DNA of 64,000 bases from a virus (IMGVR_UViG_3300028536_000001:40874-104873), one strand, 5' to 3'; shown: positions 57,501 to 64,000, numbered from the stretch's first letter. Numbers and translations: made by a program. The notes: generated by a model not told the origin, from the letters alone.

Positions 57501-58415
57501 CGTATATTAGACATTTTGTCTTACGTTATGGTCGTTTCGGTGCAAACTCTTAATGACTGTAGCATGTCGTTCACTTCTTTCTTTTTCTCCACCAAATAGG
57601 GGATGATAGAAAGAAGAAACCGTTCGGAATTGGTTTCCATATCTTCGCTGTGGGGTGTGATTTTATCTGTTATTCCCGTTGCGTCAATTATCCCAGCTTG
57701 ATAGGCTGCGATCTCTCGTCTGGTCTTCATAGTCTGTGAAGATTCTGTAAACTCGTCCATTTTCTGGATAACGTACTTTGCGTCATCCTTTTTCTCGAAC
57801 AAAAAGGGGTAGAGTTCCTTTAATAAAGAGGGAAGTGCTTTCTCACCGGTCAGTTTCCAGTAGTAGATCTTCTTCTCGTCGTCAGGTACTCGGATGAATA
57901 CGCCGCCAAAATGAAGTACTAGGAACTTGCAGACTTTACGTGTTGTATTTCCTGTATGAACGGAATACTGAATTTTGTGAATTACACCGTCATCTTGACC
58001 GATGAAACCACCTGTGTCCAACATTCCCGATAAATAGGCTAACTTAGACGTTCGTGTCATTTATGAGTTTGTTACCTCCGTCTTGTCTCTTCCATTGTAT
58101 ACCAAAGAGAGATTAACGGATATGGTAAGATTTTAAAGCAACCATTGTTAAAAAATTGCTTTTCTTTCGTCGTTTTGTTTAAGCTATCAACGTTCCCGTT
58201 GATGCGTGCTCGCGATCACTCGCGAGATCAGACTGTATCTTAGACTGTTGTCTCTGTACGTTTCAGTCGTTAAGGAGCCAATTCGGTTTCCTTGGGATTG
58301 TCCACTAGGGAGTTTCCCCAATTTAGTACAGTTACCTACCAGAAAGTTAGTAGGTTGCAAGCAGGTTGGGTAGTTGACCCGAAGATACCTGTATGCTAGA
58401 TGGGGTATAAGCCAT
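54565..58415 (-). CDS. major capsid protein (N4-gp56-like), 11 exons, 329 aa after splicing
   Basis: Exons (5'->3' on - strand): 58415-58349, 58170-58155, 57388-57363, 57195-57095, 56916-56819, 56627-56185, 55549-55482, 55308-55289, 55097-55043, 54861-54820, 54618-54565 = 990 nt, in frame with no internal stop. Lies directly after the scaffold gene; contains GQY.DY, IIHP...D and DP..Q.G.W motifs. Confidence 0.9.
54619..54819 (-). ncRNA. group I intron 10 (201 nt)
   Basis: P1 ACUGCGU/GCGCAGU, P10 AACC/GGUU, P3 UCUUCUC/GAGAAGA, P7 GAGACUA/UAGUCC, terminal G. Confidence 0.88.
54862..55042 (-). ncRNA. group I intron 9 (181 nt)
   Basis: P1 AUCGGU/GCCGAU, P3 UCUAUC/GAUAGA, P7 ACGACUG/CAGUCU, terminal G. 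Confidence 0.9.
55098..55288 (-). ncRNA. group I intron 8 (191 nt)
   Basis: P1 UGCU/GGCA, P3 CAUC/GAUG, R GUAGAGACUACAC, S GAAGAUAUAGUCC, terminal G. Confidence 0.9.
55309..55481 (-). ncRNA. group I intron 7 (173 nt)
   Basis: P1 AGUGGU/GCCACU, P10 CUUUU/GAAAG, P3 UUAGC/GCUAG, P7 GAGACUA/UAGUCC, terminal G. Confidence 0.9.
55560..56099 (-). CDS. intron-encoded single-motif LAGLIDADG homing endonuclease
   Basis: AAYAASAMDCEGCISI motif; probable TTG start at 56099 after GAGG SD; the 3' end overlaps intron P7/P8/P9. Confidence 0.85.
   Translation of the reverse strand: MYILSPHDAAYAASAMDCEGCISIYRVKNKNRKGVVCYTYGCKVIVGNTNRILTDWLYAKFGGNLQLRIVPDKKNKDCYLWSLSRKQDIHDFLQAVKPYMKIKCEQLQLMLDYQSLFNVNDPAKRAPYRLKMMELNKKGRSVTTNTQDTTTTSKGSHVVKIEPEHFRDEVRAPRVSLAA
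56136..56164 (-). promoter_or_regulatory. sigma70-type promoter inside intron 6
   Basis: TTGCTA-17-TATAAT upstream of the LAGLIDADG start. Confidence 0.65.
56628..56818 (-). ncRNA. group I intron 5 (191 nt)
   Basis: P1 GGCACU/GGUGCC, P3 UCCAGC/GCUGGA, R GAGGCUAAUAC, S AAGAUAGAGUCC, terminal G. Confidence 0.88.
56917..57094 (-). ncRNA. group I intron 4 (178 nt)
   Basis: P1 CGCU/GGCG, P10 ACUUUU/GAAGGU, P3 GUAUC/GAUAC, P7 GAGACUA/UAGUCC, P8 CAUCC-UUCG-GGAUG, terminal G. Confidence 0.9.
57196..57362 (-). ncRNA. group I intron 3 (167 nt)
   Basis: P1 CACCAU/GUGGUG, P3 UUGGC/GCCGA, P7 ACGACUA/UAGUCU, terminal G. Confidence 0.9.
57389..58154 (-). ncRNA. group I intron 2 (766 nt, ORF-containing)
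   Basis: P1 AAAGCAAU/GUUGCUUU, P3 UCUUAC/GUAAGA, S element GAAGAUAGAGUCU (P7 imperfect), terminal G. Confidence 0.8.
57521..58060 (-). CDS. intron-encoded LAGLIDADG-like protein (likely degenerate nuclease)
   Basis: LAYLSGMLDTGG and IAAYQAGIIDATG helices; lies between P6 and P7 of intron 2. Confidence 0.75.
   Translation of the reverse strand: MTRTSKLAYLSGMLDTGGFIGQDDGVIHKIQYSVHTGNTTRKVCKFLVLHFGGVFIRVPDDEKKIYYWKLTGEKALPSLLKELYPFLFEKKDDAKYVIQKMDEFTESSQTMKTRREIAAYQAGIIDATGITDKITPHSEDMETNSERFLLSIIPYLVEKKKEVNDMLQSLRVCTETTIT
58171..58348 (-). ncRNA. group I intron 1 (178 nt)
   Basis: P1 ACCUACU/GGUAGGU (U.G), P10 CUUUC/GAAAG, P3 UGUAC/GUACA, P7 ACGACUG/CAGUCU, terminal G. Confidence 0.9.
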
Positions 58416-58447
58416 TTGTTTTATTGGTGTTACATTCGTCTGTGGCG

Positions 58448-59599
58448 CTAACGTCCGTTTTTCTGACGATTTAGTCTATAGGTTCTCATTGCCGATTCGA
58501 CTACATCGTCGGACCAATTGTTAACGTCTTCGTCTGGGAGCGCCTGTTCTGGAGAGGCAAGGGCTGGTCCGCCCGTAACTCGTATTCCAAAGTTGGCCGC
58601 TCGCGTTCTGCCTGCTGGCTGCTGATTATCGACAGGAGGTACAGCAGGTGCCGGTACAGGCTCCGAAGTTGGAGTCGGTACAGGCGGTTGTGGTTCCGGT
58701 ACAGGCTTTACAGTCTGGCGCGGAGCCGGTGGTTGAGGCGCGACTTCCAGCAATTCGCTGGCAAGTAAGTCGTCTTTCGCCTGTTCTAGGTGTTCAACTG
58801 TCCATACGCCCCGTTCGAGCAGGTCTATGGTAAGTTGATCCATATCTTCGTCTGGCTGAATAGCTCTTCCGAGACTTTTCTTTACCAGATACCGAACTAC
58901 TGTGTAAAAATTACGCTGTGTTGGGTAGTAGTCGGGATTTTGCTGAACGAAAGCATTGGCCGCTGCGCTGATATCAGCGAGCTGGTGCGTCAGGGTGACT
59001 TCGTTCAATTTCTGTGCGACTTCCTGTGGGGAAAGTCCGAATCTCTTCTCGTAGTAGTAGTCTTGCGCGGCCACGGGGTTGGATTCAAAAAGTGTTTTGT
59101 ACTCCCATGCTTCGTCGGCAGTCAGGTCGTGGACGACTACTTTCTTAGGCGCGTTAGCCTTGATTGGAACCGAAGTTGCGCTTCCCTCTCCCAGTTTCAC
59201 CTTGCGGTCAAGTTCTCGGACCCGTTTGGTGGCGTTGCCTTTTCCAAGCGCTAGGCGGGTAAGCAGTTCGTCCTTTGTCTTACCGTAAAATCTCTCAGGC
59301 TGCGTGCCCGGAATGTGTGTGTCTACTTCGGCGTACCACTGACCCTTACGTTTGTCAATAGTTACGGTAACGCCGTTTTCATCCGTTATAGTACTTGGCT
59401 GCGGTTCGGGTTCTGGAGCAGGTGTTGGTTCTGGAACCGCCGCTACCGGTTCTGGTACAAGGTCGGAAACCGGTTCTGGAGCAGGCTCGACAAAACCTTC
59501 TTCTTGAGCAATGCGAGGAAGTTCCTCGAAATATGTGTTTGAGTTATCTGCTAGCCGGAAATCTTCATCCAACCAAGGATCAATTGTAGGTGTTGCCAT
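58448..59599 (-). CDS. capsid scaffolding protein
   Basis: Acidic P/E-rich low-complexity protein between portal and capsid; helical core. Confidence 0.7.
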   Translation of the reverse strand: MATPTIDPWLDEDFRLADNSNTYFEELPRIAQEEGFVEPAPEPVSDLVPEPVAAVPEPTPAPEPEPQPSTITDENGVTVTIDKRKGQWYAEVDTHIPGTQPERFYGKTKDELLTRLALGKGNATKRVRELDRKVKLGEGSATSVPIKANAPKKVVVHDLTADEAWEYKTLFESNPVAAQDYYYEKRFGLSPQEVAQKLNEVTLTHQLADISAAANAFVQQNPDYYPTQRNFYTVVRYLVKKSLGRAIQPDEDMDQLTIDLLERGVWTVEHLEQAKDDLLASELLEVAPQPPAPRQTVKPVPEPQPPVPTPTSEPVPAPAVPPVDNQQPAGRTRAANFGIRVTGGPALASPEQALPDEDVNNWSDDVVESAMRTYRLNRQKNGR

Positions 59600-59674
59600 A
59601 TGAAATCATTCTCCTGCACCAATCGGGTGCAACGGGGTATGGTGTATAAAAATTACATAGTAATTTCTACACGA

Positions 59675-59691
59675 TGTCCAGAAAATGGACA
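59675..59691 (+). repeat. 17-bp dispersed motif (exact)
   Basis: TGTCCAGAAAATGGACA, intergenic, upstream of the scaffold/capsid genes. Confidence 0.85.
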
Positions 59692-59692
59692 G

Positions 59693-60037
59693 TTACTGCT
59701 GTTTCAACCGAGCCAGAATTTCTGGCGGTTGCTTTGAGGATTCGATAGCACTCAGTACTTCATACTTGAGGTTATCGAGTGTTTTATTGACTGCATACGC
59801 AGTAGCATGTGCGGCCAGTACTAAATCTTTATCGCCGGGATTGATGTCTAGCAATTCTTGAGTGGCGTTTAGCTTATGGGATTCAAAAGCGCTCAACAAA
59901 ACTTCCCAGCCGGGCATGATAACTAATTGTTGGAGTGCTCTGCCGTTATAAAATTGCTGGATCGACGTACGCTCTTCTTCAGTTAAAGGAGCAGAATTAA
60001 ATTCCAAAGTGTGTACTAGTTCGTCTGGTGTGAACAT
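59693..60037 (-). CDS. hypothetical protein (post-portal)
   Basis: PGWEVL motif common in small genes following portals. Confidence 0.65.
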   Translation of the reverse strand: MFTPDELVHTLEFNSAPLTEEERTSIQQFYNGRALQQLVIMPGWEVLLSAFESHKLNATQELLDINPGDKDLVLAAHATAYAVNKTLDNLKYEVLSAIESSKQPPEILARLKQQ

Positions 60038-60045
60038 ATAGTTAT

Positions 60046-60074
60046 ATTATACCACAAGTCTTAGCTATTGTCCA
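60046..60074 (-). promoter_or_regulatory. sigma70-type promoter, near-leaderless
   Basis: TGGACA-17-TATAAT, 8 nt before ATG 60037. Confidence 0.6.
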
Positions 60075-62143
60075 CCAAAACCAGCGTTTCCAGGTTCTCC
60101 GGTTATGGCTTCCGTCGATCCAGAAGTTTCGATTGCGTGCCTAATGATGTCGCGCCCAGCTCTCGCGTAATTTTCTTGGTCCAATTCAGCGGCTTTGGAC
60201 TGTTCTTTCTGAATTTGCGCTTGTTGCTGCGCTTGAATCTTTTGCTGATTCAAAGCGGCTGGACTATTCTGCTGTGCTCTTTGTACTTCCTGCTCCGACA
60301 TAGGAACCACTACAGAGTAGTATTCATCAGACATTTCGGCGGCTTCGAAGAAGAGGTGCAAGAACTCGTCTACATCCAATTTCTTTTGCTGTGCTTCTAA
60401 CTGCTGAAGCACAAACTGATTGGTCATGAAATTCGTTAGTACTGGTAGCGCCTGAGCCAAGTTACGTCTGACTGACATCTTTGCGCCAGCCAAGATACTG
60501 AACTTAACAACAGCGTTCAATAACTCAATGATATCGCCTTTGTTCTTGAAATACGCGCTCTGAAGTTCTTCGTTCAGAATCCGTTTAATTTCCTTTACCG
60601 GAAGTAGACCGCGATTCATTTCATGAACGTTGTATAGAAACGGCGTGATAACCTGATCGGCTAGCCTATCTACAAAATCTGCTGGTCTGTTACCTGCTCC
60701 TGCGCCGAGCAAGTTCGCTCCCGCGGCGGTGCGAGCTAGGTTGGAGTGCCCGGATGATCCGGCTATTCCTTGCGAGGACATTTCGTTTACACCAGAAATT
60801 TGTCCTACGCGAGATTCAGATAATCCTAAGTGCTGGAAGGCTTCTGGAATACTCGGGGTGCGATTCAAAGGCTGGATGTCGTCCTTATTTTCGACATCGA
60901 TCATGCGGCCAGGTGCAATACGGATACTCTGGGTTGGGATCGACTTCCCGCGTACTCGTGTAAACACACCCTGAAGATTCAGGGCCATGTTATCGAGCGA
61001 TGTATTTGTTACACCTTGCTGCAAGCGCTGTTCTGCACCGAGCAGCTTTCCGAGACCCATACCCCAAAAAGCTTCTGGTACGTCCACAAAATTTACCGAG
61101 AAGAAAGGAATTACCCCGTATGGATTATCTCCGTTACAGATAACAAGTTTCTTTTGTAGAACTACGTAGCATTTCTCGTTATCCCAGCGTTCCAAAACTT
61201 CAAGCGGTTCGTTGAAGGGGTCGATGGTCGCGTCTTCCCAGCGAGGTTCTGCGCGAAAATCCCATAGCGGGTTCTTAGCGGTCAGTTCCTGTGGGGCTGG
61301 ATCTGCCAATTCCCTTGGCGGCATGAATAGTTGCAGTAGTTCAGCCTTAGAAGGGATCTTCCAACCGGGTTGATCCTTCATCTTGACAAGATCATCGTAG
61401 GTCATATATATGCGGTGAATAACAAACTTCGCTTCGCGTATATCTGGAACATCTAGGGTTGAATCTACGAGAACGTGTCGTGGGCTTGTAATGTGATCAA
61501 AAAACGGACGCTCTACGTTGATTTCAATATCGCGTGAAACGATATCTTCGTCGTCCGGTTCAATATCAATATCCGGAGCGCCGGGAACTCCGGATGGGAT
61601 AGATACGTTCGATCCAGATCGTTCCCAAATCGTACGTTTCTTTTTGTAAGATTCCCAGCCCCATTTCCAAATCGCAGTACCGTACAACGCGGCGCTTGCT
61701 ATTCCCCAACGAAGAGTTCGTTTGAACTTGATATCTTCGAGTTGGAAACCAAGTATCTCACCAACTGCCCTAGAGGCGTCTGCGGTGGTTCCAGGTTTTG
61801 CCTGAACTATAAAGGGAGGATTCTCATAGAACAAACCATTTACAATTTGGGGAGTAACCGCAGTCACGGTGGTGGCTACGGTGTAGAAAGGAATGTTAGC
61901 ACGAGGTACAGAAGTCCCTTCCCAACAAATCGTACTGGCTGGTGACACAAATAAGGTCGCTGACTGCGCCCAACCAGTGATCCAAGCTTTGGTAGAAGAG
62001 AAATTTTCAGCCTTAATGGAATCCTGAATGACAATTTTTAATACCACATCATCGTCAAAAGATCCAGTAACCCTAGCATGCTCTGCTTGAGCAGGAGTGA
62101 TAGGAAGTTGCGGTGATGATGCGGGCTGATCTAAGAGAGCCAA
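60065..62143 (-). CDS. portal protein
   Basis: 692 aa after the terminase; YGTAIWKWGW, PEAFWGMG, QISGVN, Q-rich barrel C-terminus. Confidence 0.88.
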   Translation of the reverse strand: MALLDQPASSPQLPITPAQAEHARVTGSFDDDVVLKIVIQDSIKAENFSSTKAWITGWAQSATLFVSPASTICWEGTSVPRANIPFYTVATTVTAVTPQIVNGLFYENPPFIVQAKPGTTADASRAVGEILGFQLEDIKFKRTLRWGIASAALYGTAIWKWGWESYKKKRTIWERSGSNVSIPSGVPGAPDIDIEPDDEDIVSRDIEINVERPFFDHITSPRHVLVDSTLDVPDIREAKFVIHRIYMTYDDLVKMKDQPGWKIPSKAELLQLFMPPRELADPAPQELTAKNPLWDFRAEPRWEDATIDPFNEPLEVLERWDNEKCYVVLQKKLVICNGDNPYGVIPFFSVNFVDVPEAFWGMGLGKLLGAEQRLQQGVTNTSLDNMALNLQGVFTRVRGKSIPTQSIRIAPGRMIDVENKDDIQPLNRTPSIPEAFQHLGLSESRVGQISGVNEMSSQGIAGSSGHSNLARTAAGANLLGAGAGNRPADFVDRLADQVITPFLYNVHEMNRGLLPVKEIKRILNEELQSAYFKNKGDIIELLNAVVKFSILAGAKMSVRRNLAQALPVLTNFMTNQFVLQQLEAQQKKLDVDEFLHLFFEAAEMSDEYYSVVVPMSEQEVQRAQQNSPAALNQQKIQAQQQAQIQKEQSKAAELDQENYARAGRDIIRHAIETSGSTEAITGEPGNAGFGGQ

Positions 62144-62146
62144 GAA

Positions 62147-62935
62147 TTATCCTATGTTATCTGATTTACTCATGTTTTCACTGAACCACAAAGGTTGCAT
62201 ATTACCCCAGTGGCAGGCGAGTAAGACGTGCTGTCTGTTTGTTAGATCAAAAGCCTTCATAGGCATGATATGATCTATAGTCCATTTATCTAAACCATGA
62301 CCATAGTTTCCCCAAGTCATTCCGGGTTTAAATTTTGATTCAAGATACCGTTTAAATTCAACTACTGTACAGCCAAGGTCCCTGACCGCTGAACCGCCTT
62401 TAAATCCACGTTGAATAGCACTTCTTAAACGGCGACGAAGATTATCGGTTAATTTTAACTGGATATTTTCTTTGCGACGTTCGTTAGCCTTGGCGCTGAG
62501 AATTTCTCGATATTCAGTGCGATATATCTTATTAACTACAAGCAGTTCTTCTCTATTTTTCTCGTAATACTTTTTAGAGAAACCTTTTTCTCTTGCGTAA
62601 TTGCTCCTGCAATTTTTACACTTACTGTCGTAGCCTGACTTTATGTGACGATTACGAACAAATTTCTCAAAAAGAAGTTCTTGACGACATTTTGTGCAGA
62701 CCTTCGTCGTTCTTAACTTTTCCTCTTGTTCACGTACCGCACGCGCGGCTGCTTTTCTAATCCGCTTTCTTTGGCTATTGTAGGCAATGATCGCGACTCT
62801 ATTTTTAAGATAGTATTCTCTGTGACAATCTCGACAGTTCGCGCTGTACCCGTTTTGTCGACTTCTGTTGGTGTAAAACATACTAACAGATAGGTCCCGT
62901 TTACAGTGCGAACAGTGTAGTGATTTTTCTTCCAT
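62147..62935 (-). CDS. HNH-type free-standing endonuclease
   Basis: Two CxxC...C..C modules; LGCT...WGNYG...WTIDHIMP...NMQPLW..N.SK. Confidence 0.85.
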   Translation of the reverse strand: MEEKSLHCSHCKRDLSVSMFYTNRSRQNGYSANCRDCHREYYLKNRVAIIAYNSQRKRIRKAAARAVREQEEKLRTTKVCTKCRQELLFEKFVRNRHIKSGYDSKCKNCRSNYAREKGFSKKYYEKNREELLVVNKIYRTEYREILSAKANERRKENIQLKLTDNLRRRLRSAIQRGFKGGSAVRDLGCTVVEFKRYLESKFKPGMTWGNYGHGLDKWTIDHIMPMKAFDLTNRQHVLLACHWGNMQPLWFSENMSKSDNIG

Positions 62936-62944
62936 GATAGTTAT

Positions 62945-62973
62945 ATTATATCACAAAACAAAAGACTTGTCAA
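62945..62973 (-). promoter_or_regulatory. perfect sigma70 consensus promoter
   Basis: TTGACA-17-TATAAT, 9 nt before the HNH ATG. Confidence 0.85.
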
Positions 62974-63034
62974 CAAAATACAGTAGAAAATTACTATAAA
63001 TGTAGTAACTTCCTACCATATTTTTGAAGAACGG

Positions 63035-63379
63035 TTATGCTTTGCCGGTATTTGCGCAGCTGTGTTGTCCGTCTTTAAAATCAACCCAGTTGTCGTTGGA
63101 CACGCTAGTACCCTGCTGTGGATTCTGCGAACTCTTGAAGTTCTTAGCTACTGCCGCAGAGCGGTCATTGGATGGTGTGCCTGCACCGGAAGAACCTTTG
63201 CCCGCGTCTTCTGCGTGGCGAGGTGCGAACTGGTTTTCACTTTGATCCCAAAGTGCTGGCTCGCTCTTGTCGTTCTGCTCGGAAGGTGCGGGACCGAAGT
63301 CGGAAGGCTTTGCGTTGCGTGGATATAGCTGATTCTCGGAAAGGGAAACTAAATCCCCAAAAGATTTGTCGTTTTTCAT
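63035..63379 (-). CDS. low-complexity hypothetical protein
   Basis: Hydrophilic 114-aa ORF after the terminase. Confidence 0.6.
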   Translation of the reverse strand: MKNDKSFGDLVSLSENQLYPRNAKPSDFGPAPSEQNDKSEPALWDQSENQFAPRHAEDAGKGSSGAGTPSNDRSAAVAKNFKSSQNPQQGTSVSNDNWVDFKDGQHSCANTGKA

Positions 63380-63401
63380 AGTGTACCTGTATAAATTTTT
63401 G

Positions 63402-64000
63402 TTAACCTATCAAGCCGCCGCCCAAAATGTTATCAAGGCCGGGAGCGTACGTTTGAGACAAAATGTCCTCAGAAATTTTTGGTTCATCGAAAACGTGAGT
63501 AAATACTCCACCTTGTCCGGGTCTGCCCCACGGATCACAGTTTTCTTCAAATATTAAATTGTATGCAGCTCGTTCTTTCGTCCAGCCTGTCCAACTTGGA
63601 ATTCCCTGTTCGATAACCTTCATCGACATTCTAGGGGCATATCTCGGCTGGTAGGATAGTGCATCAGGAATATCATTTTTCGTCTGCCTAGTACCTTGGC
63701 AGCGAATAAACTCGTCGTAGACTATCTGGCGAAACGGAATATGGTACGCAAACTTGAACAAGCCGTATTCCATCAACGGTTGGAGGGCGGCCATGCGAAT
63801 GCGTTTCGCGTCGTTCTGTGTATCCGGTTTGATCCAATCGATTTTGGTGCAAACTTGAATCACATACGGATCGTTTGTCTTCAGCGCCTCTGCTTCAATC
63901 GTTGGGCCAAGCAGGTTAGATCCACCCGCATCTTCAATTCCAATTACGTACGGATGGTGCTTGCGGGCAAACTCTACAATCGCCTTTGCCTGCGCTAAAG
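63402..64000 (-). CDS. terL: terminase large subunit, C-terminal nuclease domain (runs off window)
   Basis: Frame open to the window end (...IGIEDAGG...AKRIRMAALQP...KNDIPDALSY); position upstream of the portal. Confidence 0.8.
   Translation of the reverse strand, partial: LAQAKAIVEFARKHHPYVIGIEDAGGSNLLGPTIEAEALKTNDPYVIQVCTKIDWIKPDTQNDAKRIRMAALQPLMEYGLFKFAYHIPFRQIVYDEFIRCQGTRQTKNDIPDALSYQPRYAPRMSMKVIEQGIPSWTGWTKERAAYNLIFEENCDPWGRPGQGGVFTHVFDEPKISEDILSQTYAPGLDNILGGGLIG

Noticed and set aside
54960-58325. Recurring 35-57-bp repeats (GGATTCCCTTGCGGGTCTTTCCTCGG..., CTAGGGAGTTTCCCC) as a CRISPR array
   Set aside because: Spacing is irregular, there are no cas genes, and the repeats map to P4-P7 cores of group I introns with coding exons between them.
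54619-58348. Group II introns or a diversity-generating retroelement
   Set aside because: No reverse transcriptase, no GUGYG...AY boundaries, and no TR/VR pair with A-specific mismatches.
54565-58415. Capsid region as a pseudogene or assembly error
   Set aside because: Precise removal at U.G/omega-G boundaries restores one frame across ten junctions of mixed phase, which random decay would not produce.
54565-58415. Stop-codon recoding as the explanation for the fragmented capsid ORF
   Set aside because: The fragments are in different frames separated by structured non-coding inserts, and the other genes read normally in the standard code.
1-64000. tRNA/tmRNA genes and integrase
   Set aside because: I saw no convincing T-loop/cloverleaf and no recombinase motif by eye; lifestyle cannot be determined from this window.

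Overview
64 kb of a tailed dsDNA phage genome. The arm on the + strand (1-24002) carries replication, nucleotide-metabolism and lysis genes: UvrD helicase, PD-(D/E)XK nuclease, solo TnpB, primase-helicase, beta clamp, sigma-like factor and a cell-wall hydrolase. The convergent arm on the - strand (24007-64000) carries a podovirus-like virion module: terminase C-terminus, portal, scaffold, capsid, adaptors, tail spikes and ejection proteins. Main result: the apparently non-coding, repeat-rich region 54565-58415 is the major capsid protein gene split into 11 exons by TEN group I introns. Each intron shows a U.G-containing P1, a covarying P3, P7 R/S elements and a terminal G. Manual splicing gives an uninterrupted 990-nt, 329-aa N4-gp56-like capsid ORF. 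Eight introns are only 167-201 nt, and two carry LAGLIDADG-type ORFs. Other notable signals: a 17-bp quasi-palindrome (TGTCCRGAAAAYGGACA) dispersed at least 10 times across the genome, mostly co-oriented with transcription; a 186-nt structured RNA candidate; consensus sigma70 promoters in front of several mobile endonucleases; and two tail-spike-like genes with signal-peptide-like N-termini. All calls were made by eye from the sequence and ORF track; no database searches or folding programs were run.
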